Positions 14,370 through 28,594 of a stretch of 64,000 bases of DNA are shown one piece after another. The DNA is taken from positions 103,664,001 through 103,728,000 of the forward strand of contig OX597814.1 of the NCBI GenBank assembly GCA_951406725.2, written 5' to 3'. Below the pieces are notes generated by a model. That model made no database searches and had not been told where the DNA came from. It worked only from the letters and a program-made list of their open reading frames with translations. Position numbers and translations under genes: made by a program. Position 1 is the stretch's first letter. Each line of letters starts with the position of its first letter. The DNA comes from Octopus vulgaris (Eukaryota).

Positions 14370-14675
14370 TGTGAGCGAGTGAGTGTGTGCGCGTATGTAT
14401 ACGTATATGTGTAGCTGAAAAAGTGAATAGGAATAGATTTTCTGATAATTTCCCACTTTAATAATAATTAGATGTTTATAAAACATTAACTGTACATATA
14501 TGTATGTTAGTATGTATTCGTAGAATATATATATATATATATATATATTCGTGTGTGTGTGTGTGTATCTGAAATGATAATGACATCAGTGGTGCCTCGC
14601 AATAGCCACAGTAGAGAGGCTGCAACAGGTAAAAGTGTACATAAATGCATGCATGTATGTATCTATATGTGCATA

Positions 14676-14709
<34 letters not shown>

Positions 14710-15039
14710 TATATGCATGTGTATCTACCTATCTGTCTGTCTGTCTGTCATTTCGTCCGTCTGTCCGTCAATATAAGAATGAAAATTCTCAATGAATTTT
14801 TTTTTTTTGCGAAAAATCCGTTTTGTTTCCTTTCTTTTTTTTTTTTGTAGAGAAAGTTTAGAAATGAAAGTTTGCAATACACTCTAGAAATTTATCAGCC
14901 AATTTAAAATTTTTGTATTTCTTGCACAACATAAACGAGTCAGCCATGTGCATTCCTCTTCTACGACACAATTTCGAATATAGCACTACATAAGGAAAAC
15001 TATGTCAGGTCTCGCGACACTTCGCTGAGAACCGTCTGC

Positions 15040-15416
<377 letters not shown>

Positions 15417-16117
15417 GCAGTCTTCTAGCGCCTACAGAGTACCTCAACAGGCATGATAGAGCTGCACAATATATTCACTGGGTAATTTGCAAAAACCTGG
15501 ATTTGCCCCATGAAAAAAACTGGTGGGAACACAATCCACCTCCAGTGCTTGAAAATGACCACATCTCACTCCTCTGGAACTTCACCATTCAAACTGACAG
15601 AAAGATAGATGCAAATAGGCCAGACATCATATTGAAAGTCTTCAGACAAAGAACATGCCTCCTCATTGATATGACTGTCCCAATCGATATAAACGTATCT
15701 GTCAAGACCTACCAAAAACTGAGCAAATATAAAGATTTTGAAATAGAAATCAGCAAAATGTGGAACCTGAAGACTAAAACAATACCTGTTGTCATAGGTG
15801 CCCTGGGAATGATAGCGAAAGGGACTGATTGCTACCTAACTCAGATACCAGGAAACCCCAAAATGGCAGAAATTCAAAAGATAGTGCTCATGGGAACTGC
15901 TCATATCCTACGCAAAATACTGTCTATGTAATCCCAAGGTTTAAAACAAACTTTTTTTTTTATGTATTAGACATTCACTAGTAAAACACAAAAAAACCCA
16001 AATATATGGCACACTAGGCATAACAACAACGTGAACTTCCAACCTGTTGTCTCTTGAGGTCTCTGGGTGAGACTTGGAGCCAACTTGTACAGATAATAAA
16101 GCAAAAGTCAAACATAG
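15417..16117 (+). mobile_element. R4/Dong 3' end (endonuclease + 3' UTR) inserted in a (TAA)n tract
   Basis: YLNRHDRAAQYIHWVICK..LLWNFTIQTDRKIDANRPDIIL..LLIDMTVP..KLSKYKDFEIEISKMWNLKTKTIPVVIGALG. ATA-type repeats on both sides (16118-16476 on the right). Confidence 0.92.
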
Positions 16118-16235
16118 AATAATAATAATAATAATAATAACAACAACAATAATAGTAATAGTAATAATAATAATAATAGTAACAATAATAATAATAGTAA
16201 TAGTAATAATAATAATAGTAATAATAATAATAGTA

Positions 16236-16266
<31 letters not shown>

Positions 16267-16273
16267 TAGTAAC

Positions 16274-16305
<32 letters not shown>

Positions 16306-16328
16306 TAAGAATAACAATAATAATAAAA

Positions 16329-16392
<64 letters not shown>

Positions 16393-16744
16393 TAATAATA
16401 ATATTAATAATAATAATAATAAAAATAATATTAATGATAATAATGATGAGGATGATGATGATGATGATGATGATGATATTTTTTGTATTTCTTGTGCTAC
16501 ATAAACGCGTCAGCCATATGAATTCGTCTTGTGGACACGATTCCGATTATGGCACTACATAAAGAAAACATGTCTGGTCTCGCGACACTCCTCGGAAATC
16601 CCTCGGCTCAGGTAGCACCCTTCTTCGGTTGGTTCTTTTGGTCTTGAGAAGGTCTTAAGAAGGTCATGTGCTGTTTATCTTGATATGAGATCGCCATGTC
16701 GCGCACATATGGTTGTGTTGTATGTGTCTGGTGTACCCATATCA

Positions 16745-17295
16745 GAAGACTAAAATTGCTGCCTTAGATATTCTTACTGATAAATGACAAGAAAAACCTC
16801 TCAATGGCAAATACTCAAAGAAAGCTACTAATGCCGATGTTGACAAAGACCTTACCCATCTATGGCTAATGGCCTCTGGCTTAAAATCAGAAACAGAAGG
16901 ATTTATTATAGCAGCCCAAGATCAATGACTACCTACAAGGAACTACCAGGCCAACATATTAAAGAATGGCGGAAGCCCAACATGTCCTTTATATAAACAG
17001 CAAAATGAAACGATTGACCATGTTGTCTCCATGTGCAGTCTTCTTACAGAGTAACTCAACAGGCATGATAGAGCTGCACAATATATTCACTGGGTAATTT
17101 GCATAAACCTGGACTTACCCCATGATAAAAACTGGTGGGAACACAAACCACCTCCAGTACTTGAAAATGGTCACATCTCACTCTTCTGGAACTTCATTAT
17201 TCAAACTGACAGAAAGATAGATGCAAATAGGCTAGACATTATATTGAAAGACTTCAGACAAAAATCATGCCTCCTCATTGATATGACTATCCCAA
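16745..17295 (+). mobile_element. R4/Dong internal fragment (same subfamily as 15417-16117)
   Basis: WLMASGLKSETEGFIIAAQDQ, PTC..ETIDHVVSMC, RHDRAAQYIHW, IQTDRKIDANRLDII; close nucleotide match to 15430-15680. Confidence 0.88.
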
Positions 17296-17498
17296 GGTTG
17301 GTGGAACCATATCAGCTGTTTTGACGATGTTACAGAAAGCTATGCTGAAGCCAACGTTTTTAAAGAAGGTTCTTAATCTTTTTTAGCTTGTTCAATTGTC
17401 TGGTCACTAGAATTTTGAATAGTGAACAGAGCGTCATCTCTGTATAGACCGCCAGAGATGTTGGAAAATTGTTCATGGAGACCGTTAAGTAGGTACTT
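17296..17498 (-). mobile_element. Penelope-like (Naiad-type) RT fragment
   Basis: GGLYRDDALF..TIEQAKKD, the RT catalytic motif shared with the Naiad-like elements at 19 kb and 57 kb. Confidence 0.65.
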
Positions 17499-17684
17499 AT
17501 ACATACATACATACATGCATACATACATGCATACATACATACATACATACATGCATACATACATACATACATACATACATACATACATTCTTGCATGCAA
17601 GCATGTATGTATGTATGTATGTATGTATGTATGTATGTATGTATGTATGTATGTATGCATGTATGCATGTATGTATGTATGTAT

Positions 17685-17885
17685 AGTCAATACAAACCAG
17701 AGCAGGCAAGAAAAAATGACAACGCGAGGACGTGGAACAAGTATAGTGTTATTGGACGCTCAGGAAAGGAAAGAAAGAAGGAGGATTTAACGTTTCGAGC
17801 GGAGCTCTTCGTCAGAAATATAGAAAAAGGAAAGGTCCAAGGAAGGGAAGACGGAGAAAGAAAATCGCCAACGATACACACGCGG

Positions 17886-17889
<4 letters not shown>
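17685..17889 (-). mobile_element. Solo PLE 3' end/pLTR fragment (family of the 48452-52260 element)
   Basis: Homologous to 31701-31897, 52070-52260 and 54185-54380; bounded by microsatellites. Confidence 0.8.
17785..17819 (-). ncRNA. Minimal type I hammerhead ribozyme (canonical core)
   Basis: Minus strand: auuu-CUGACGA-a-GAGC ucc GCUC-GAAAC-GUU^aaau. Stem I auuu/aaau, stem II GAGC/GCUC, palindromic stem III region AACGUU. Confidence 0.75.
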
Positions 17890-17954
<65 letters not shown>

Positions 17955-18221
17955 GACAGATAGACAAATAGAGGGATAGATAAATAGATACACGTATACA
18001 TAACTACATACGTACCTACTTACCTACATACATACATTCATACATAAATATGCACAAATATATACACGCTCTGTGTATGCGAATATACGTGTATACTGAC
18101 ACACATTTATGAAATAAATAACTGACGAGTTATTTCCCCCAAATGCACCTGGAAACCATGTTATAAACATTACACACGCACGCACACACAAACACACACG
18201 CATACACACACACATTATGTA

Positions 18222-18283
<62 letters not shown>

Positions 18284-18552
18284 TGGGTGGGTGAGTGGTG
18301 TGTGATAACGTGAACAGTCTGACCTCAGAGATTCCATTTGTCAAGATGGAAACAATTAACATAACTCATCTGTTTTCTGTGATTCGTTGTAATAAAAATC
18401 GCCAGCAAGACAGAAATTGAGGCAGAAATTGTAGATATTTGATGTTGCAGAAGAAGTTCACCTGTTTAGAGACATTCCTCTCTCTTCCGCCGACAAACTG
18501 AGACGCACATCACTCATATAACCCAACGCCATCTTCTATCATTCAAACTCTA

Positions 18553-18758
18553 CCCTCCTCCTCCTCCTTCCCTCCCTCCCTCCCTCCCATCCTCCTCCTT
18601 CTCGTCCCCCTCCTCCTCCCCTACATCTCCGCCTCATCTTCTTCTTCCTCCTTCTCTTCCTCTTCCGCCTCCTCCTCCTCCTTATCTTCTTCCTCCTCCT
18701 ACTTCTCCTCCTTATCTTCTTCTTCTTCCTCCTTCTCCTCATCTTGCTTCTTCTTCTT

Positions 18759-18789
<31 letters not shown>

Positions 18790-18875
18790 TTATTATTATT
18801 ATTATTATTATTCTCCTCCCCTCCTCCTCCGCCTCATTCACCTCCTCCTCCTCCTTATTATCATCATCTTCATTA
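18553..18875. repeat. Polypyrimidine low-complexity tract with (CTT)n/(ATT)n
   Basis: Directly visible. Confidence 0.95.
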
Positions 18876-19019
18876 TTCGGCCAACTGTTGCTCTCCAATC
18901 TACAGGTGCACCCTAACCCTAAGTATGTACCAGTAGACTGGAGTACAACAATCCTCTCAAATACGAGATGGCTCAACTAGGAAGAAAGGAAAAGATGACG
19001 ATAGTGCCAATTGCTGTTG

Positions 19020-21158
19020 GGTCTTAATCCAGAAATTCTGGATTAAGAAAAACACTGAAGGACCATTTGATGTAAGCATAGGATCAAAGAACTCTGCAGA
19101 AATAAGCGACATTAGATTACACAACAAATTTCCATCAGTCTCAGGTGGTCTATATAGGAACGACGGTCTACTCCTACTAAGAAAATACAACCCACATAAA
19201 TCTGGTTAGTTTAGGAAAGATCTACATTACTTCTTCAAAAAGTTGGGCTTTTCAATTACGGTAGAAACGTAACTAAAGTTAGTCAACTTCCTAGATATTA
19301 CCCTTAAGCTGGAATCAATTATCTGTAAGCTAGACAAGAATGATATCGAAAAAATTCAGTATATACAGAAACAATCCAACCACCCCAAAAGCATTATCAC
19401 AAACCTAATAAAAAACATATCTCTCAGACTTTCCTCTTTATCTTCAAATGAAAAAGTACTATACGAAATAGCAACTCTATATAATGAATTTCTTAATATC
19501 ACAAGGAAAAAGTGCAATATATAAACAACAATCTTCCCACAATAAATAAAATGCGTAAGATTAGAAATAGGAAAATTATCTGGTATAAACCCCCACCACT
19601 TCAAAATACAATTCTCCGCACCAATAGTTAAATTATTTTTCAAAATAATGCAGAAACACTTCCACCCCAACAAGTATTACAAACTAATCAACAAACGCAA
19701 CGTAAAGTTGTCATATTCAATAACTAACAACTTTGAAAAGATTATAGTCAACTACAATCACCAAAAATTGTAAACCTAAACTACTCGCACATTAACAATC
19801 GCAATTGTAGAACACCTTTATCTGCTCTCTAGAAGGAAATTGTCTCTCAAGAAATAAGGTATATAGCGCAACAGTAACTGCAAACATGACACCAACTACT
19901 ATATCTACATATATAGAATCTACAGCAAACAAGTTCAATACAAGATACAATCAACACGCGCACACTTTTCGCAACTCAAACAAGAAAATAACACATTACT
20001 GTTCAAACATATATGGTTATTAAAATAAGAAACACTCCGTTTGGCATCAAGTGAAAAATACTCTCTCACACATACAACCATACCAACAAACCCTGCCAAC
20101 TTTGTACAAACGAATCCTACCACATTCAAACATTCATGTACTAAATCCTGAGCCGAAACCCCGAACTAGTCTCTTCATGCAAGCACAAAATCTTAAAAAC
20201 ACTTCAAACCAATAATCTTTTCTAACGGCTAAACTTCTCAATATCTCACCAACTCCCCTCCATCCACCTACACCACAAACTTTCCCTATAATGTAAAATA
20301 AAACACCCTAACAGCTTTACACTAAACAAATACTCAAGAAGTCATCTAAAAGTTTCCGACTAACATTCCCGCACAAGATTTCCTAATATAATTACACAAA
20401 CCTTCATACATAAAATGTATGCTTGTATGCAAGCAAAGTGAAAGAACCCTTTCCGTTATCTTCATTTTAAAAATTATATACTATTTTTGTTCTCAATTTC
20501 ATGCACAATTATATATACACACCGTCTAGATCATCCTCCACTTGAGCATATATCTAGAACAGAATGTGAAAAAACTTATAAACAAACACAAAACAAACTC
20601 CACCTCTACAACACAAGAAATTTAAAATCCCTATTTACTAATCAAATTGCATTTTGAACAAAGAATACCTAGAGAGGAACATATAAACACCCCACATTTA
20701 CTCAGATAGATTTGAGAACGTCAAAGCACGAAAGAAACTGCTTTCTATACTAACAAAATCACGACATGCCTGACTAATAATCTCAGCTTTACAAATGAAA
20801 GCAATAATAAGAAGAAACGCTCAGCCTAAACTTACCACCTACCTGTATTCTTTTGTGAAATGAAGTTGACACACATTTAATTACTAAGGGCTTAAATAAT
20901 GGACTTTGGACCTTTGACTTTTACATTGTAAATCCAATTATACTGAAAGCAACAAAAATCCCGTCACGCCCTGTGCCTGCCCAACAAAAGAGAAACACTC
21001 ACGGGCTTGTTTACAAAGTTCTACACGCATGAATAAATTCTAAGCAATAACATAACACCAAATTTAATCAAATAAAAGTTTTCCAAAACACAGGCAGTCC
21101 GACGATGGCTTAGCTGACCGAAACTTCGAACCCACTGTCAACAATATTCTTGTATAAG

Positions 21159-21162
<4 letters not shown>
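19020..21162 (+). mobile_element. Degenerate 5'-truncated Penelope-like element (Naiad-type RT + GIY-YIG) ending at (TA)n
   Basis: GPFDVSIGS..SAEISD, GGLYRNDGLL, LVNFLDITL, QSNHPKSII, RKIIWY.PP, VKLSYS, CNCRT..LEGNCL..VYSATV, HIWLLK, PCQLC. HHR-like motif at 21093-21139 just before (TA)n. Confidence 0.85.
21093..21139 (+). ncRNA. Degenerate hammerhead-like motif at the PLE 3' end
   Basis: ggcagu-CCGACGA-uGG..CC-GAAAC..acuguc; cleavage triplet not intact. Confidence 0.4.
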
Positions 21163-21202
<40 letters not shown>

Positions 21203-21633
21203 CTTCGAATCGAAAGAGGTTGCGCTTTCACAGGGATGAATTTTATCAAAACGTACATCGGTTTAGCTGCATATCGACTAATATACTTTGGGTTTAATTC
21301 ATTTGTATTAGTATTAGTGTTAGTACTTATGAAGTTGAAGTTGTTGTTAAATATGTTTTCATCTATTCGATAAAGGACCACAAAATTTTAATAATGCATA
21401 ATGTAATCTTAATTGTAAAATATGAATGAAGGTAAGGAATTAACACGTACGTGGCCGATATGAAATTTACTATTGTATAAATATATTCATTTTTTCTGTG
21501 TTCAAACTCACCATTTTTCTTATATAGATATTAGGCAAATAAGGCTATAATTCAAGGTGTGTCCTCAGGAACCACATCTGCATACTTCAGTATTCCAAAA
21601 GTGTATGTAAATGATATATTTGTGTGAGGTATG

Positions 21634-22014
21634 GAAGCACTCCGTCGGTTACGACGACGAGGGTTCCGGTTGATCCGAATCAACGGAACAGCCTGCTCGT
21701 GAAATTAACGTGTAAGTGGCTGAGCACTCCACAGACACGTGTACCCTTAACGTAGTTCTCGGGGATATTCAGCGTGACACAGAGAGCGACAAGGCCGGCC
21801 CTTTGAAATACAGGTACAACAGAAACAGGAAGTAAGAGTGAGAGAAAGTTGTGGTGAAAGAGTACAGCAGGGATCACCACCATCCCCTGCCGGAGCCTCG
21901 CGGAGCTTTAGGATTTTCGCTCGATAAACACTCACAACGCCCGGTCTGGGAATCGAAACCGCGATCCTATGACCGCGAGTCCGCTGCCCTAACCACTGGG
22001 CCATTGCGCCTCCC
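21634..22014 (-). mobile_element. Full-length tRNA-derived SINE (family B) with 13-bp TSD
   Basis: Minus-strand head GGAGGCGCAATGGCCCAGTGGTTAGG..GGTTTCGATTCC (A/B boxes); TSD TGTGTGAGGTATG at 21621-21633 and 22015-22027. Confidence 0.9.
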
Positions 22015-22201
22015 TGTGTGAGGTATGCATAAGAGTTGAAACCTACTGGAAAATATTTTTGGCAATATTATTTTATTCTCAGTCGGCAGAATTCCTAATA
22101 AGAAATATCCTGCATGTACTATTTTGTAACTCTTATTAGCAAATCAATCACGTGTAATAGTGAATAAATAACACCAAAAATTTTTCTAATCCGTTTTGAC
22201 A

Positions 22202-22263
<62 letters not shown>

Positions 22264-22448
22264 TACATATATATATATATACATATATACATGTACGCAC
22301 GACCTACAATACCATATCTTTCTGTGTTTGACTTCATTCTATTAATATCCTGATATAATTCCACCAGAAAGAGCAAAGTCAAGATTAAAGGAATTGAAAA
22401 TTGTCAGCAGAACAGAAAAAATTCAGTCAGTATACATACATACATGTG

Positions 22449-22553
<105 letters not shown>

Positions 22554-23499
22554 CGTGTGTATGTATGTATGTATGTATGTATGTATGTATGTATGTGTGT
22601 TAGTGTATGTATATAGGAAAAATAGAAGTTAAAAATGCCCTGAGAATAGTTAAAATATTTAAACACCTACTAATAAACATCTAATTGTTAGATTGGAAAA
22701 ATTATCAGATCCATTTCTATTCATTTTTTCAAATATATAATACTCTACACCCGCCGCCGCCACCACCGCTGCCGCCGCCACCACTACCACCACCACCACC
22801 ACAGCAACAGCAAAAGTAAGAATTCTATCACGTCCACCCCTTTCCCCCACAATAGCTATCCCCATCACCACCACCGCTACCATTACTTGTACCCACCCCC
22901 AAATACAGGACGTTTACATTCAATTATAGCCTTTCTCTTTCTCTCCTTTCTCTCTCTCTCTCTCTCTTTCTCCACATATCCTTTCTATCTCTTCTCCCCC
23001 TCCTTTCATATATCGTCTCCCATTTCATACAAAACGTAGTTTTTGCATTTTTTCTTACAAATCTTCAACGATTTTATTTATTTATGTCTATTTATTTATC
23101 ATATATTCATCTATTTATTCACCTAGTTATTATTCATTCTACTTATTTCCATTACCCCCCCACCCTCATTTTATCAATTCCATCTTTTATGTCAGTTCCC
23201 TCTCTGTCTCTCTGTGTACAGATGTGCACGTATTTGTGTGTAGGTTGTAGTTTCTCCACGCTATTCTTCAACGACTCCTTCCTCAATTCTATCTTCAACT
23301 GCTCTACTTGTTCTGCTAGACAGTGGAACCAGCCAGGAACATTAAAACAACCTAAATATCGTCCAACCAGCCGGCAAACTGAGTTCCAGATATGAAAGTT
23401 AAGGAAACATCAGAGAGTAAACAGGTACACTTACCTGGTCCCCACTTAAGACAACCCCATCCCAAGTATAGATCAAAAGATCAAACAATTATCAACAAG

Positions 23500-23650
23500 G
23501 GCGTAGTCGTGGTTGTGTGGTAAGAAGCTTGCCTTCCAACTTCCTAATCACATGATTCCAGAGTAAGTGTCATCTTCTATGGTCCAGAAGGCGACCAAAA
23601 GCTTGTGAATGGATTTGGTAGACGGAAACTGAGAAAAGCTCGTCGTATAT
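23500..23650 (+). mobile_element. 5' half of tRNA-SINE family C, interrupted at its TA microsatellite by a Tc1 element
   Basis: GGCGTAG..GTGGTTGTGTGGTAAGAAGCTTGC..GGATTTGGTAGACGGAAACTGA; homologous to 28595-28740. Confidence 0.7.
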
Positions 23651-23655
23651 GTATA

Positions 23656-24887
23656 CAGGGGTTGGACAAAATAACGGAAACACCTTAAAATTTATTTTAA
23701 TATTGGATGGGACTGTCTTTGGCTGCTGTAATTAAAGCTTGAATTCTACAAGATATGGACTTGTACAAAGTTTGAATTGTTTCCAAAGGAATTTTTGTCC
23801 ATTCTTTAGCTAAAACAGTCTCCAGTTCTTGTAGTGATGATGGTGGACGATATCGACTCCTTATATATGTTTTTCTAAAATGCACCATAAATGTTCACTA
23901 ATATTGAGATCTGGGGACTGGTGGTGGCCAGATAAGATGCTCAACTTCACTAGAATGTTCCTAGTTCTATTCAGTAACAACTTCAGCTGTGTGAATTGGT
24001 GTATTATCATCCGGAAAGATTGCTTTTCCCCCCGGAAACAATTCCGAAACCATTGGATGAATTTGATCAGATAAAATGCTTAAAAAGTCTTCACTATTAA
24101 TTCTGCCATGAAGGGAAACCATTAAGCCCGCGGATTTCCAAGATATAGCCCCCAGACCATCACAGATCCTCCTCCATGTTTAACAGTTGGAAGAAGGCAG
24201 TCTGGGTCAAATGCTTCTTTTGGCTGTCTCCACACGTATACTCGGCCGGTGGTCGAAATTATTCTTCCACTGCTTTAGGGACCAATTCTGTAGGTTTTTA
24301 CTCCAATCTAAACGCCTTGCAACGTTTGTTTTTGAAAGTAGTGGTTTTCTGATTGCAGCCCACCCATGAAATCCGGTTTTATGCAGCTCCCGGTGAACAG
24401 CTTTTGTGGAAACTGGTTTTTCGAGGTGGCCATTAAGCTCTGCAGTAATTTTGGGAGCTGTATTTTTGTGAATTTTTCAAACAATTTGCGAAGAGTCCGA
24501 CGGTCCCTATCTGAAAGTTTTGGTTTTCTTCCGGAGTTTTATTTCGACGACGAGGTTTTTCCCTCTTTCTCAAAGGCAGTCATTTCTTTCGAGACAGTAC
24601 TTCTTGATACACCAAACATTTCGGCTGTTTTTGTAATGCTAGCGCCTGCCATACGAGCACCAACAATTTGACATCTTTGAAATTCCGATAGATCTGTCAT
24701 TTTAATGAATTTTAATTACCTTTTTCTGGCGAAATATGAAAAGAAACAGCAATTTTAGCAAAGCATATTAAGCAACACTAATAATAAATTAAAAAATAAA
24801 AATAAACAAGCTTTTGACGGTTTTATAGATATTTCAAAAGTATGATGTTATGATGTTAGGTGTTTCCATTATTTTGTCCAACCCCTG
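23656..24887 (-). mobile_element. Complete Tc1-family DNA transposon with decayed transposase (24700 to ~23697)
   Basis: TIRs CAGGGGTTGGACAAAATAA(C/T)GGAAACACCT at both ends, TA TSDs; [47 protein letters not shown], frameshifted WPP.SPDLN, LYKSI. Confidence 0.95.
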
Positions 24888-24935
24888 TATACACACACAT
24901 ACATACATACATAGATACATACATACATACATACA

Positions 24936-25014
<79 letters not shown>

Positions 25015-25041
25015 ATGTATATATATTATTTGTAGGATAAG

Positions 25042-25097
25042 CAGGCTACCGTTGGTTTCATGATAACAGAGATATCTCTTAGCGATTATCAAGCCTG
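25042..25097 (-). ncRNA. Type I hammerhead ribozyme, U3-A8 variant
   Basis: Minus strand: caggc-UUGAUAA-[stem II with AGAGAUAUCUCU]-GAAAC c aac g GUA^gccug. Stem I caggc/gccug, 3-bp stem III. Confidence 0.6.
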
Positions 25098-25203
25098 TCA
25101 TATGGAGCGTTAATCTTCGTCTCCATCTTGGATGGAAGCGGTCTTCATACAAAATGGAGACGAAGATCGAAGCTCCATGTGACAGGCTTGAAAATCGCTA
25201 AGA
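25077..25203. repeat. Imperfect hairpin/inverted repeat with ~50-bp arms and ~27-nt loop
   Basis: TCTTAGCGATTATCAAGCCTGTCATATGGAGC..ATCTTCGTCTCCAT pairs with ATGGAGACGAAGAT..GCTCCATGTGACAGGCTTGAAAATCGCTAAGA. Confidence 0.9.
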
Positions 25204-25304
25204 CATATAGAGATATGTCTTGAAATGTTAACTTAATAAAGACTATTTATCCACCAATGCAGTGTTGAGTACTTATTCTCACTGTTCGATATTAACGTAC
25301 GAAC

Positions 25305-25346
<42 letters not shown>

Positions 25347-25350
25347 ATAA

Positions 25351-25412
<62 letters not shown>

Positions 25413-25473
25413 ACAGAATGAGATAAAAAATCCAAGGCTGTAAACAGTTTTTAGAACATTTATAAGGAAAAAA

Positions 25474-25516
25474 GTCTTACAGCTGTTTCCGGGATATTTC
25501 ATATATCCCTTCATAT
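25474..25516 (-). ncRNA. Hammerhead remnant (3' half intact)
   Basis: GGGAUAU augaa AUAUCCC-g-GAAAC agcu GUA; palindromic ACAGCUGU; CUGA box damaged; faces (TA)n at 25305-25407. Confidence 0.4.
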
Positions 25517-25862
25517 AAATATGCATATTTATATGCGAGAAAATGTTTCAGTATTAATTCTTGTAAGGATGATATGAAATACAGAGGGAAGTAAGAGAAT
25601 GAAAGCAGAAGTGAGATACATAAGGATATTGTATTTGCAGCTCCATTATTCAAGTAGAATGGTGTGTATAAGTGTTGAAGAAGTTTCCACAATGCCAGCA
25701 ATAACGCCAAGTTATTTAGCATCCATACACAGTGACTTTAATTGGAATTTCTGCTCCAATAAAATGAATTAGTTGGGGTGAGTCAGTGTGTGATATTTAT
25801 TAGATGAAAACCTTTTTGGGATGGCCGAAACAATTCGAAATGAAATACAAAGAGAATGTAGG

Positions 25863-26180
25863 TCTTCCGTCGGTTACGACGACGAGCTTTACAGTTGATT
25901 CGATGAACGGAACAGTCTGCTCGTAAAATTGACGTACAAGTGGCGGAGCACTCTACAGGCACACGCAACCTTAACGTAGTTCTCAGGGAGATTTAGTGTG
26001 ACACAGAAAGAGACGAGGCTGACCCTTTGAATTATTGGTACAACTCATTTTTTCCAGTTGAGTGAACTGGAGCAACGAGAAATGAAGTGTCTTGCTCAAA
26101 AACGCACCGCCAGAATTCGAATTCACGAACTTATGATCGTAAACCGAGTACACTAACCACCAAGCCACATGTCTTCACCA
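25863..26180 (-). mobile_element. tRNA-SINE sharing its 3' half with family B but with a different head
   Basis: TCCGTCGGTTACGACGACGAG..CTTAACGTAGTTCTC matches 21641-21770; head TGTGGCTTGGTGGTTAG..GAATTCGAATTC. Confidence 0.8.
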
Positions 26181-27525
26181 AAAATGAATTATAAAAGCCA
26201 ACAAACGGGAAATATCTGAAGAACGATTTGTTCCATCTCTCATTCCTCCCCGTGTCCTCAGCAGAAAAGATCATAACTCGAAATATCGAAATACAACGTA
26301 AAACTCTTAAATGTTGTTCTGTTTCACTTTTCTAGTTCAGATTTCAGATTTCTTTCTGTATTCTTTCCGACTTACCAAAGATGTCTTCATTTGTTATTCA
26401 GTTCGAATGTTTTAACGAAGTTTCCCAAAACTTCGAACAGTTCAGTGATTACAAAGTTATTAAAATTCGATTCTGAAGTATGGCTATAAAATGATTCAAC
26501 ATTCGTGTTACCAGCACCGCGGATAACCTGTGTCGAAGGTTACGGATGTTTTACATACAAGCAAAGTCTCTTTGCCAAAAAATGAGGTTCTTCGTCCAAA
26601 AAATGATAAATTTGTAGAATGCGCGCTCGCGCGCTCGCGTATGTGTGTGTGTGGCATAACTTGCGTCAATGTTTTCACATTAATTTATGTATGGGTGTGA
26701 AAACACACGCACACACATATATCTGCATAGATAAAGAGATAATTAGGTTGATAAATATATGTATATATGCATATTTATATGTATTTGTGTGTATATATGT
26801 GAGTTTGTAGAAGTGTATATCCATCCGAATATCTGTTCATCTACATACATACATTTATACATACATACATACATACATACATACATACATACATGTATAT
26901 GTACACACACGCTCACACACACATACACTCACACACACTCACACACGTTATGCACCCCTCCTGTCCGTACAGACTCTGATAATACTTATCAACGACTCTT
27001 CCTCAGTATTTTTTTAAATAAATAGTAATCTGAGAGAAATCTATGATCTTCTTTCATCACAGCTTCTCCCAATTTTACTTTCACCTACCATCACAACAAC
27101 AACAACAACAACTTCATCGGTTTTTTTTATCTCTCTTTACCCACATATCGTTCTCCTTTCTTCTTTCTTCTCATCTTTTTCGTTTTCTTACACCTTTTCA
27201 TAAAATAGATGTCAATCTCAAACAAGTACAAACATTCTACACTGCAGAACACACGTAAATAAATAAACGGGATATATAATCTGGAAATCCCTTGTTTTAA
27301 GTAGGCCGAACTTTATTAATCCCTTGTTTTAAGTAGGCTGGACTCTATAACTCTACCTATGGAATTTTACTCTCCTCACACAACTGTACTCTGCTAACAC
27401 GAATCATTCCTTGAATCCTGTAAACATCTCTGCGTTACGTTTCCCTTTTTCGAACGCCAACGGAACGATATGCCATTTTATATATGTATAAAACTCTTGA
27501 AAATCTCGTTCCACACTTTGGTAAA

Positions 27526-27919
27526 TCTCTCTCTCTATAAAGCTGAAGTTGCTTGTGTGTGGCAAGTTTGGTAGCCTTCAACTAACACTATCTCCTCCGA
27601 GACCCTGCGGCACAAGTTGACCAAAATTTAGATTATGATAGAAGAAGGCTTGTTCTTCCTTCCGTAGAAGAAAAAATTCAAATCAGACCATGTTAAGACC
27701 AAAAATTATTTACATCAAAACGGTGCTATTTTTTTCTATGAAAATCCCTATTTTTTACGATTTTTTGACTGCTGTGTCGCCATTTTTCAGTGTATTTCAA
27801 CCAGAAAAATGTTCACTTAAAGACAATAACAAGCTACATAATGCAAAACTTTTACTTTTCAAAAATTCCAATTCTAAAGGGTCGAAACAAACCCGAGCAA
27901 CGCCGGGTGATACCGCTAG
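27526..27919 (+). mobile_element. Non-autonomous Helitron family 1
   Basis: A|TC 5' end, hairpin CCCGAGCAACGCCGGG, CTAG|T 3' end, no TSD. Confidence 0.88.
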
Positions 27920-28594
27920 TAAAGGGAGAAAAAGAGCCAGAGAATTGGGAAGTAGAGTCAAATCCTTCTTTAAACTCCCTTCAGTAAACATATACAGCAA
28001 ATGTTTGGTGCTTAAAGTTCGTCACTTGTACAACTGTATCCCAAGACATATGTAAATGTTAGCCAGTGTTTCCGTTAGACCGTGTTTCCTTATCAAGTAT
28101 TTCATACCCCCGGAAACTTGACTTCGAGGATCCTCGTTATTCCTACTAAACTTCTCACTCCAAATTTCTCTTCAACATCTGATGTTAAATATTTTACTGA
28201 TCATGTTGTGCCTTGGGAAGGTCAGTACGCCAATAACAATAACACACGCACTGGTCTAATACCAGTTTATTGTTAATCAATTGATTAAATATCCAATCAT
28301 CTAAACTAAACGATCGTTTGTTTATTATTAGGGCAACGACTCTCCCCAAGACAAAGCAAAATTTGTTTCAACGAAATAACATCAAGAATCTTGCAACCCA
28401 AATACTAAAGCCAAATTTTACTGCGGTTTTAGTTTAATAAGATTTATTTTCTTATATTTTTACATGTAGGTGGCGCTGTTTTTCAAATCAATACTTTATA
28501 AGGAAAGTCTTGTTTAGCAAATTTTTGAGTCATATATATTTTATATCTTTGATATATGTTTATTTGTTGAATATATACGTATTTTATACCTACT

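Noticed and set aside
21940-22014. tRNA gene
   Set aside because: The tRNA-like head continues into a SINE body with a TSD; no acceptor-stem closure or terminator.
23428-23440. Isolated perfect minus-strand splice donor CAG|GTAAGT
   Set aside because: No matching acceptor or ORF; single motifs are expected by chance.
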